In this document: in pieces, positions 1 to 9,347 of the stretch
Layout of the letters: each line of letters starts with the position of its first letter
Numbering within the stretch: position 1 is the stretch's first letter
From: Coniocarpon cinnabarinum
Lineage: Eukaryota
Direction of reading: 5' to 3'
Assembly: GCA_051942205.1 (NCBI GenBank)
Contig: JAVECO010000196.1
Location: 1-40,593, forward strand
Length of the DNA: 40,593 bases
The notes under the pieces: model-generated
What the model saw: the letters and a program-made list of their open reading frames with translations, nothing else
What the model was told of the DNA's origin: nothing
Databases searched by the model: none
Program-made: the position numbers and the translations under genes

Positions 1-200
1 TATATATTTTTTATATACTATTTTTATTTTTATATCCTACTTCTAAACCTTTATCTTTATTTTAATTTTTTATATTTATAGTAGTTTTTTTTATATAAAA
101 TATAAGATATTTCTTACTTATATTTTTTTATAGGTATATAAGTTAAAGGTCTTAGCACGCCTTTTCTAATATAGAATAGATATAGGTAGCAGACTGTAAG
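1..200. repeat. AT-rich, TpA-enriched degenerate sequence (probable RIP-mutated repeat edge)
   Basis: Almost only A/T with abundant TpA and almost no CpA/TpG in 1-190, then an abrupt change to balanced composition. Confidence 0.6.
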
Positions 201-340
201 TAACCTTTGGTGCAACTTTTGTTTTGTGAATGTTCGAGTTTCACTTGGACGGCTGGTGAAGGATCGCATACAGCGAACTGCCGCTGTTGATATCATCGCT
301 AGGAATTCTAACCTGGCCAAAAACCTGCTTTCGATAGCTC

Positions 341-347
341 ATATAAG
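341..347 (+). promoter_or_regulatory. Putative TATA box of DUF1772 gene
   Basis: ATATAAG about 80 nt upstream of ATG 423. Confidence 0.3.
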
Positions 348-422
348 GTCTCTAAGGGACCGCATTTGAAACCGAGCTTCCAAAACCCCTTGTCAAACTA
401 CTTCGGTGAACACCTATCCAAC

Positions 423-1128
423 ATGGCAGATGCGCCGCCAGCAGGCCCCATCGCCACAACCTTGGGCATCATCTCGAAGCCGCTCCATGTTAAACTCTTG
501 CAGACTTGGGCTTTGACCGCGTCTGCTTTTCAGATCGGCCAATTTGTCACACTGTCTCTCATGACCATCCCGTCGCTACTCCGAACTCCCAACCCGAAAG
601 TGCTCGCACAGCAGTGGTGGACATTCTTCAATCGCGGAAAGATCATCGGTCCTGCTTGCGTCTTTCCAAGCTCTCTCATATTCGGCTGGCTGGCTTGGAG
701 AGAGCCCTCTATGCGCACGAGCAGCTTCAGGCTGTACGCTACTGCCTCGGGCTTATTGGCTGCCACGATCCCGTACACGGAGCTGTTGATGATTCCGACA
801 ATCACCGAACTGCACAAGAGGAGCAGTGAGGATACGCAAGCGAATACTTCAACTGACGGTGAGTCTGGAATATGATCTGGTCATGATAGGCCATCATGCT
901 GATCTGGATGCAGATGCACAAACGTTAGCAGAATACAAAAGCCAGTCAACAAGCGAATTCCTACACAACCAGTCACGCAAAGAATTGTCCAAGCCGGAGC
1001 AGCAAAGTGTGCACCGTCTTGTTGACAATTGGGGCATCTACAACATTGGTAGAGGAGTCATGTGTTCCGTTGCAAGCCTTTGCGGACTCTGGGCAACTAT
1101 CAACGAAGACCTGACTTTCTTCGAGTAA
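423..1128 (+). CDS. DUF1772 / anthrone oxygenase-like membrane protein; join(423..858,914..1128)
   Basis: Intron 859-913 (GTGAGT..GCTGAT..CAG) joins two ORFs in frame. Hydrophobic helices with LAQQWWTFFNRG, TIPYTELLMIPTITELH and LVDNWGIYNIGR match the DUF1772 pattern. Confidence 0.8.
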
Positions 1129-1690
1129 GTCGACGGTATTGAAACGCATGACATTGTACCCGTGCTGACAGCGCTTTAGACTGCTTCCTTGATGGACATG
1201 CAGCTTGGACTGGCGTTAACAGTACATTACTCACCCAAGCGCACATCGTCTGGGCTTCTAGAGTATGCAGTTCAACAGCATCGAGACTAACGCATCGCAA
1301 AAACTTCCTATCTCAACGGCAGGGCGCCATGACATGCATTAGCCAGGACTTCGCGCAAAGAATGGAATGGCTCAAGGAGCTTGGGGCGAAGACGGAAGCT
1401 ACCAAAGGCTGATGGTGGGATGCCGTCCTGCCAGCCCGACTCCAGCCCCGCATCATCCATCAACCGCGCAATTTCACCGCGCCAATTATTCAGCGGGCTT
1501 ACTGTCCTCCTCAAGAACCCCTTTGCCTGGACTTCCCTCATTTGACAAGATCATTTGTCTCCACGCTCGAGCGTCATCTGCCATCGACTCGCGCCCACAC
1601 TCCACGCTTAAAACGAAGAAGCAATTCGACCTCAGCAATAAGACTTGAGTGTCGCGCATCACACTCTAAGCGTTTCTCATATTGCAAAAG

Positions 1691-2715
1691 ATGACCACGA
1701 ACGGGGTCAACGGCACTCATGACGGCAACATCACCCGGAACTCACATCGTTTCGACTCCAACTTTACTGAAAACGTCTTGCGAGCTCCTGGACCGAATGC
1801 AAACCCTAGAGTGAAGCAAGTAACATCAAGCCTCATTCGACACTTGCATGACTTTGCACGAGAGAACCAAATAACTGTCGAAGAATGGCTGATGGCGGTT
1901 GACTTTGTATGTTGTGGCCAACACGACTCGGATGGCTGTCATGCTTACACCACCAGATGAATCGCGCCGGTAAAATGTCAGATGATCGCCGCAATGAGAC
2001 GCAACTCGTGCATGACATCCTGGGCATTGAATCGCTCGTGGATGAGATCACATACACGCTGGCTTCTGATGCTCAAGACTTGCCAACTGCGTCCGCCATC
2101 CTTGGTCCCTTCTGGCGAAAAGACGCACCCAAGCGCAAGATGGGAGACTCGATTGTCTTGAACGAGCTCAAAGATGCTGATCATACAAAATTGTACGGCG
2201 AGGTGGTTGACTTTGTTACCGGAAAACCCATCGAAGGAGCCGAACTCGACATTTGGCATACTGCACCCAACGGCCTCTATGAGCAACAAGATCCAGATCA
2301 ACCAGACATGAACCTCAGAGGACGCTACACTACAAGCGCAGATGGCAAATACGATCTATACTGCCTACGACCCACAAGCTATCCGATTCCGTACGATGGA
2401 CCAGCAGGCCAGCTCTTAACACTGCTTGACCGGCATCCAATGCGTCCTGCACATATTCACTTCATCGTCTCTGCACCAGGCTACAAGCCGCTGGTCACAC
2501 AGATCTTCGACAGACGAGACAAGCATATCCAGAATGATAGCGTGTTCGCTGTCAAGGACAGTCTGGTCGTTGACTTTTTGCCAAGAAAAGGCGACCCGAA
2601 GGCGGACTTTGAGCTAAAGTATGACTTCCGTCTATGCAGCTTCGAGGACGCCAAGAAGAATGGGATGAGAGGGCTGGAACAAGAGAGCATCGGTGGCATG
2701 GGTGCCGTCTCATGA
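1691..2715 (+). CDS. Intradiol ring-cleavage dioxygenase (catechol/hydroxyquinol 1,2-dioxygenase family); join(1691..1906,1957..2715)
   Basis: Intron 1907-1956 (GTATGT..CAG), phase 0. Fe ligand motifs GLYEQQD, SYPIP and RPAHIHF; N-terminal dimerisation segment LIRHLHDFARE; SAILGPFW. Confidence 0.95.
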
Positions 2716-3693
2716 TCCTCTTTCCGAGTTCACGAAATGTATGTACTCTTTGGAATTGGTTTGGCGAGCTGCCTCTGCTACTATTTCCGAAATAGGTCTG
2801 AGTGACTTCGTTTCAGGAGTGTACAACGTTACATATATGCTAACGTGAGGTCAGCTGCATCGTATCCGCTTCCCACGTGCACAGCCGCACAAGTCTCAGC
2901 TAGGCTGCTCTGGCACGTCATGTCCTCTTGCATTTGCGGACCTTTGGTCGCAATGTGACTGGGCAGCTCCTTGACTTGCTCTGCGAACCGACTCTGCCTT
3001 TGCCGCTTTCGCTGCCGTCAATCAAGAGCTATGCGACGTAACTCGTGGCAGTGCTGATCTCCCTTGGCTAGGAGTCCGACAAGTCTTTGGTATCAGAAAC
3101 CTTCACCACTGAGGCCGAAGACGATCCAACGATACCTGGGACTGGTATGTAGATGGTACCCCGTCATACGGGGCAAGTTGCCCAGGTTTGGGGGGACCAC
3201 AGATTTTCTACTTTATAGCTCTTGTAATTCAATAAACATACACATGCTAGTCACAAAAGCCCAGTACAGGTTTATAAAGGCGTTAGTATATTAGATTAAT
3301 CCTAAATGACGCGTAGAGAGACGCGCCAGATGTCTAAAGAAAACTGTTATGACCCTAGTTTTACAAGCGCCGTGCTATTGCATGCACGACCTCAGCGTGA
3401 CGCTTCTTGAACTCCATGATACATAAGTCAAGGTTATCCCCCAAAGCCTTCTGCACAACAGGAGACCCTTTTCGACACTACTGGGTGAGTCACTAATGCT
3501 GTATAGTCGCAAGCTAGAGACTCTTTTGCGTTCGCCCTACAGGAACTTCGTTACTTGAAATACTCACCTCAGGGGTTTCACATCTTCAACAAATTGAACG
3601 AATTTTTAGGTCTGTGTTATGCTGTGCGCTCAGGACTTTACATCAGCAACGTTGGGCATCGTTCGTTGAGCGCCATTAGCCTTGCCACCCAAC

Positions 3694-4632
3694 ATGGTGG
3701 GCTTCCTCGACCTTCCCTACGAACTCCGCCTTGATGTTTACACGGCCCACTACGAGTCTATTACCCTCAAATGCATCGACCACAAGCCCGTGGACCGACC
3801 AAAGTTTGACCCCTGGTCAATAGCGAAGAGCCCTAAACTCGCTCTTCAACAAACGTGTCGCCAAATCCATAGTGAGGTGGGCGAACTCTGGCTCACGCTT
3901 GTGCAATTTGATTTTCTGTCTACTCGCTCCATGCTCGATCGCTTAGCATCCCTGAGCATTCAACGACGCCGCCTGATCCGCAAGATCAAAATCCCAGGAC
4001 AAGGCACTACGTTTCGTGTGCCCCTCTTAAAGCGTATCTCATTACCGGTTTGTCTGGAGCTTCTGCCAGGACTACGTTTAGATGTACTCACAGTCGATTG
4101 TCGGCGCGTTCATGGATCTTGGTCAGAGCACCTGTGGGCGAAGATGCATCCCCTCATCTGTAAAACCCAGGGATGGGCCAGATTGCGTTTACTGCCTTCA
4201 ACGCAAATGCTGGAGTGTGTTGCAGACTCGGAACGTTACAGCAGTCCCCCGAGTTTTATTGTCTTTACACCAGGCCGTGGCATTGCGAACGATGCTCTTG
4301 TGCATGTTGGCCTCATCGAGGATCAGTATGCCACGCCAACAGACTTGCAGCTCTTTCGCTACGGTGCACTGCCAGAGCGGATTCTTGAGTCAATACGTGA
4401 AACCCTTGATCAGCCTGGTAAATGGGGCTCCCCACGGAAGAAGACAAAAGAGGTCGTGATAGAAGCCCAGAGAAGCCACAATGACACATACGAAGCAATG
4501 CTGCATCGTGAGCTTGCACCGAGTGCTCGCGCATGCGAAAAGATTCTGGGAGACTTTTGGACCGAGTCGCTGACCTGGACGGAGCTCAAGAAAGTTGAAG
4601 AGGCTTGGAAACCAAAAGAAACGCAGACATAA
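3694..4632 (+). CDS. Uncharacterised fungal protein with N-terminal F-box-like motif (paralog 1 of 3)
   Basis: Intronless 312-aa ORF with GFLDLPYELRLDVY, ALQQTCRQIH, LLPGLRLDVLTVD and GWARLRL motifs shared with the neighbouring genes. Confidence 0.8.
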   Translation: MVGFLDLPYELRLDVYTAHYESITLKCIDHKPVDRPKFDPWSIAKSPKLALQQTCRQIHSEVGELWLTLVQFDFLSTRSMLDRLASLSIQRRRLIRKIKIPGQGTTFRVPLLKRISLPVCLELLPGLRLDVLTVDCRRVHGSWSEHLWAKMHPLICKTQGWARLRLLPSTQMLECVADSERYSSPPSFIVFTPGRGIANDALVHVGLIEDQYATPTDLQLFRYGALPERILESIRETLDQPGKWGSPRKKTKEVVIEAQRSHNDTYEAMLHRELAPSARACEKILGDFWTESLTWTELKKVEEAWKPKETQT

Positions 4633-5128
4633 CATTGTGTACGTCACGACTATAGTCAACGACTGAAGGGACATTGCAGCTCGACCGGATGTGGAGGTAA
4701 AATGAGCTCGCAACGTGGCGCACATGCTCTTCAGGCTCTCGTCAATGGAGGAAAGTCGTGCGGAGGGGCTTCTACGGCCAGTGGACGTCAAGCGAGAGCC
4801 TTTCATTACGCCCATATCATCATACTTGCTGATTGCCATTAAACATCTCGCTTTTCGCACGCTTGCTTTTATCCCGCCAGCTTCCACCTCTACTCCGACT
4901 ATTATTTCCGATGTGGACAGAATGGTCTTCGACCTTGTATGGCAGAATGTACAGCGATGGCGAATACAGTGAACAAACCCCTGAAGCATGCGAGGTGAAG
5001 ATCTGCGTGTCCGTATTCTAGACATGTGCACGCTATCCACGGCCCTTCTCTCCCGGTCTTGCTGTACTTTGCATTTCATGCTATAGCACTGTCGTTTTTT
5101 TATAGGCTGACACCAATTATTAATAACT

Positions 5129-6274
5129 ATGACAGACACGTCCCTCACTTTCACCACCGCTCGTGACCTTCTCCACCATCTCGACGCCCTCCCACTCTCC
5201 AAGCGCAAACTCATTCGCACCATCACGATCACAAATCCCATCCTCATCCTGCAACTTCACTGCCCAGAAGTCTCACATCTTCCGAAACGATTCAGCCTTG
5301 ATGAAGTGCTCAGTCTCGTCCCTGGTCTGCAACTTGATCACCTCATCATTGACCTCCGAAACCAGGAGCGAGTGCCAAAAGCAAACTCAACCAGCCTTGC
5401 AGCTACCAGCACCATGGCGATGGATTATCGCCCTTACTGGAAGATGCTGAATGGCCTATTAAAGGAGTCGCAAGGATGGCGGCAACTGTGGTTCTGGCCC
5501 TCGCCTGGGATGCTAATGGCGTGGGAGAGGGGCTTCACGGGGGGTGTGCCGGCAGGCCAAGATGCGGCCGCGTCTTGGGATGCGTTGATTAGGACCAGGG
5601 AGGATGAAGGAGTCGGTGCGAGTGTGAAGGTATTCCAGGAAGCGCCGCTGATGTCGCCAATGAGATCTGCCACATCTGTTTCTCGATTGGGGAGGGCGAA
5701 GAGCGAAGTCAAGGAAAAGGAAGAAGATAAGAAAGAAGACGTCGGAGAAGAGATGTTCGTGCTACCGGAGCTCAAGCCTGAAGACTCCAAGGAGGAGTCA
5801 AAGGAAGAGAAAGTTGAAGAAGATGATGATGACACCAAACCACCTTCCAAACTCCCTCGTTTCTCAAGCAGTACGCCACGCAAACGAAAATCGCCCTCTT
5901 CGAACAGTACCATCTCGCCACTGAAACCGTCGATCCTGATTATCGCTCGACGCAGCGACGGCGCCTCGATCGAAACTTACGAGACGGCGCGCCCCACTGA
6001 AGCCCTTAACATTCTTAAAATCATGCTCGGTGGCAACCCAAAAAAGGTAACGTGGAAGAAGCTGATGGAAGCTGAAGACAACGTGGAGGTCAAGAAAGAC
6101 ACTGGACGAAGCTTGAAGGGCGTGCGTGAGGATCGTGAGACCACACTTGAGATTATGAGACTGCTTGGACGAATGCAGATTGCTGGTAAGCGGGAGGATG
6201 GAAAGGAGGCGAAGAAGGAAAAGAAGGGCGGAGTCAAGAAGGAGGGCGAGGACAATAGATTTGGAAACGACTAA
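5129..6274 (+). CDS. Uncharacterised fungal protein (paralog 2 of 3), N-terminally truncated, with charged low-complexity insertion
   Basis: 381-aa ORF. LVPGLQLDHLIID, GWRQLWF, ILIIARRS and VTWKKL align with paralogs 1 and 3. The start is uncertain because of a possible splice acceptor at 5135. Confidence 0.75.
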   Translation: MTDTSLTFTTARDLLHHLDALPLSKRKLIRTITITNPILILQLHCPEVSHLPKRFSLDEVLSLVPGLQLDHLIIDLRNQERVPKANSTSLAATSTMAMDYRPYWKMLNGLLKESQGWRQLWFWPSPGMLMAWERGFTGGVPAGQDAAASWDALIRTREDEGVGASVKVFQEAPLMSPMRSATSVSRLGRAKSEVKEKEEDKKEDVGEEMFVLPELKPEDSKEESKEEKVEEDDDDTKPPSKLPRFSSSTPRKRKSPSSNSTISPLKPSILIIARRSDGASIETYETARPTEALNILKIMLGGNPKKVTWKKLMEAEDNVEVKKDTGRSLKGVREDRETTLEIMRLLGRMQIAGKREDGKEAKKEKKGGVKKEGEDNRFGND

Positions 6275-6792
6275 AGGGTGACCCAGTCACGTGCCCTCAA
6301 ATTCCAAATCGGACCTTCTTCTCTTCACTCGGTCAATAGACTTTTCCAATTGCTATCGTATCTTGCTTCTCACCTCATGGCGATCTTACGTGCCTTGAGA
6401 ACCTTTTACACCCATGTACGCCTGCGGTACCGTCTCTCCAGCCGCCTCTGCCAGCGGCACGTGCCATAAATATGACACACCTTCAAGACACCTTACGACT
6501 CTACAAGATGAAGTGGTGATCGTATGTGCCTTTTCCTGCCACCTGGACATCTATGATGACTGTATCGTCATGTTGTGCTCGCCGAGTTTGTGTTAGCTCA
6601 TAGGTTTTCACTTAACTTCTTCTCTTCTTTACTTTCCTACCAACTTGATGCGCAACAAGTACACTAACATTCTGCGTCCGACAAACAGCCGACGACCTGT
6701 TGAGGTTATGGAGCTGTAACACTTTAAATCAGGTAATGGCCGCCCTGAGAGACATCACCGCTATCGGTGAGGCGGCCAAGGCGTCAACGACA

Positions 6793-7932
6793 ATGGCTCG
6801 CTCTCCTCGCACCACTACAAGCTCAAAACCCAAGGGCGCCGGATTCCTCGACCTACCAATCGAGATTCGGTTGATGATATACGACCTTCACTTCGGGGAA
6901 ACAACCTTTGAATTTCTAGGAACGCGTACGGGCAAGCGACCACGGAATCACGCCCTGCCCAATCGCAACAGGGTTGCAATACTGCGATCGTGCAAGGCTG
7001 TCCCAGAGGATGTTGGCGGCTCTTGGATCCCTCAAGTCACTTTTTGTTTTGCTACAGTGCGCCAGTTCCTGGACGTTCTCAACGATGCACCTGTGGAAAT
7101 TCGACGCAACGTCCGCAGCGTCATTATCGACTCGCCGGTGGCGCAAACATCTTTCTCTCTCGCTCATCTGCATCTGGCCGACGCGATCAAGCTTATACCA
7201 GGCATCCATATCGACACTCTCACCATCGATTTGGTGAACAGTGAGGCGGCGGCGACTCCAAGCCGCAGAGGTCCTCCTTTCGTAAGCGAAGAGCGTGTCA
7301 CCGTCGATAAGCTCACCCAACTTGACAGTCCCCCGTTCGAGCACTTGCAAGTACGCTGCCGTCAATCAATTATGGCGGGGTGGTCTCCACTGTCGAATCG
7401 GCTCCTAACTGGAAGGGACTACAAGGATTACGACATTATTAACGTGTGGAAGGAAGCCCTTCGTCTGGCTCGGTTCCGATTTCGACATGAGATTCCGACT
7501 GGAGACGAACATTTGCAGGCGCAGCATCATGAGCGAGCTGGATACACCATGAATCCTCATCATAGCCTGCACTTCTACGTCAGTGAAAGCACCGAACCGA
7601 CCGAGGATGATGTTTGGTATCCCGAGACTCGGACGGAAGTTGATGATGCATGGTTGGCTAGGGCCTCTAAAGCAACGCCTTCACGACAACTGGGCGTTTA
7701 CCAGTGGAAACAGTGGAACGACACGATCTGTCTCTTGACCATCGACTACAAGTACAGTCGTCCATCTCGGGTGATGAAGTTCTCTGGCGAGTTCCACGAC
7801 AAGCTCTGCGCCCAGTACAACGCGTTCACGACCGCGAAAACTCGCCGCACAGAGCCTTTCACCTGGTCCGGAGTCCATGAAGTTGAAGAGTTGTGGTATA
7901 ACGTCGTCGGCCCTGGCTCTCGGACCAAGTGA
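6793..7932 (+). CDS. Uncharacterised fungal protein with N-terminal F-box-like motif (paralog 3 of 3); alternative ATG 6736
   Basis: Long ORF with GFLDLPIEIRLMIYDLHF, AILRSC, LIPGIHIDTLTID and FTWSGV. Confidence 0.8.
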   Translation: MARSPRTTTSSKPKGAGFLDLPIEIRLMIYDLHFGETTFEFLGTRTGKRPRNHALPNRNRVAILRSCKAVPEDVGGSWIPQVTFCFATVRQFLDVLNDAPVEIRRNVRSVIIDSPVAQTSFSLAHLHLADAIKLIPGIHIDTLTIDLVNSEAAATPSRRGPPFVSEERVTVDKLTQLDSPPFEHLQVRCRQSIMAGWSPLSNRLLTGRDYKDYDIINVWKEALRLARFRFRHEIPTGDEHLQAQHHERAGYTMNPHHSLHFYVSESTEPTEDDVWYPETRTEVDDAWLARASKATPSRQLGVYQWKQWNDTICLLTIDYKYSRPSRVMKFSGEFHDKLCAQYNAFTTAKTRRTEPFTWSGVHEVEELWYNVVGPGSRTK

Positions 7933-8747
7933 TCCATGCCAGCAACTGAGCGCCAATCTTCCTTGACCTGCGGTAGGAGTGCTATTTCGACTCGAACATC
8001 GAACTCAATGACAATTTCAACGACGGCGACTCGAATATGCATCAGCAAGCTCTGATACAGACACAACTCGAGCGACAACAAGACACAGCGCATTGTCAAG
8101 CTTCATCGCCACGCTAACGTGCGTTTCACAACCCAACCATGGTTGCAGTGCATTGCAGTCTCCGAACGTAGTAGAGAACACATAAGTCCGTAGATTTCCT
8201 ATGTAGCAAACACCACTCCCCCTGAAACATCCTCTTTGCTTCTCAGTGGCCCTTCTTTCTTCTTCCCTGAGCTCGGACAGGAGCAGTATCCACTTCGCTG
8301 CGAGAGGACTGCTGCGCAAGGACGCCGTCATCTGACAAGCATTTCATCTCCCTCGCATGCACTTTTCGCTTCTATCTCTTGCCAGAATTTGGAAGTACAT
8401 CCCGTCGTGTTACTTCATGTCACGTTACAACGTCTCCTTCCCTCTCCTCATGTCAGATCAGGCTATGCCATGCCACGCCACGTCACTTCATGTCACTCCC
8501 TGTGACTTAATTCGTGTCAAAGTCGCCTCACGCACTTTCGAAATGCGCCATGTCGCTACCCTGCAAGTCCCACCGCGCCATCTTCGTGTAAGCCTTGTGA
8601 CACGTCACTCGGTCGTGTTACAATGTGTTACTTTTGCAAGTCACACTGACTGACAGACGGGTACATGAGCCGTTCCCATCATCGTGACTTGGGGTCTTGA
8701 TTTGACGATGATGGTGTCAGTCCCTACGAGATGACTTTGTGAATGAC

Positions 8748-8802
8748 ACTTCCGTTGATCACTTCCGTTGATCACTCCCGTTGATTACTCCCTTGATTAC
8801 TC
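8748..8802. repeat. Degenerate 13-bp tandem repeat, about 4 copies
   Basis: acttccgttgatc acttccgttgatc actcccgttgatt actcccttgatt actc. Confidence 0.9.
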
Positions 8803-9347
8803 AACTTGTCGAGCCATATCAGACACGTGACTGTGCTATCTCTCGTTGCATTCTGGCATCGAGCTAAGCGTGGCGGTGGTAAAAGGGGAGTATCATGGAG
8901 GCTCGGGATGGTGCTTACAGAAGACGTCGGAAATTACTAACGTTGGTATATCTACTGTAACACGGATGCTTGCGTATCTGGTAGTGTGCGTGAATATCCT
9001 GCTTTATGCTTGGTTGTCTGACTGGGTGCTTCACGGCTTGCACTGACGGAAGCTTGGACGCGAGATGTCTTCACGTTGGGATGCTGGACTGGAAGCTTCA
9101 GGAAATAGAATGTGGTTGTGTTGTTGATTGTTTGGAGGAGTTTTCGTGCCACTCTGATGCTATCGCTGTCCTGACTCTACCCTCCCAGATTCCGTGTATC
9201 CGCAATGCTATCCTATATCCACCTCATCCATGAACCCTTCCCAGCCCCGACTCCAGCTGCATGATGACGTTCACTCGCTCGCCTCCCAGCCAGATGGAAG
9301 CCCCTAAAACCAATGACGCCTCTCCTCCGCGCAGCTATAGACAGTTA

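Noticed and set aside
3105..3150. Resemblance to a 5S rRNA 3' end
   Set aside because: Only a few terminal bases are similar and the conserved internal 5S sequence is absent.
4970..5110. A-to-I editing rescue of premature stops upstream of paralog 2
   Set aside because: Four stops would all need correcting and three are TGA, whereas described fungal stop-correction editing mainly acts on single TAG codons.
4390..5247. 285-aa minus-strand ORF
   Set aside because: Antisense to paralogs 1 and 2, Arg/Ser-rich, with no recognisable motif; likely a shadow ORF.
8748..8802. CRISPR-like repeat
   Set aside because: Head-to-tail 13-mers without spacers, in a eukaryotic context.
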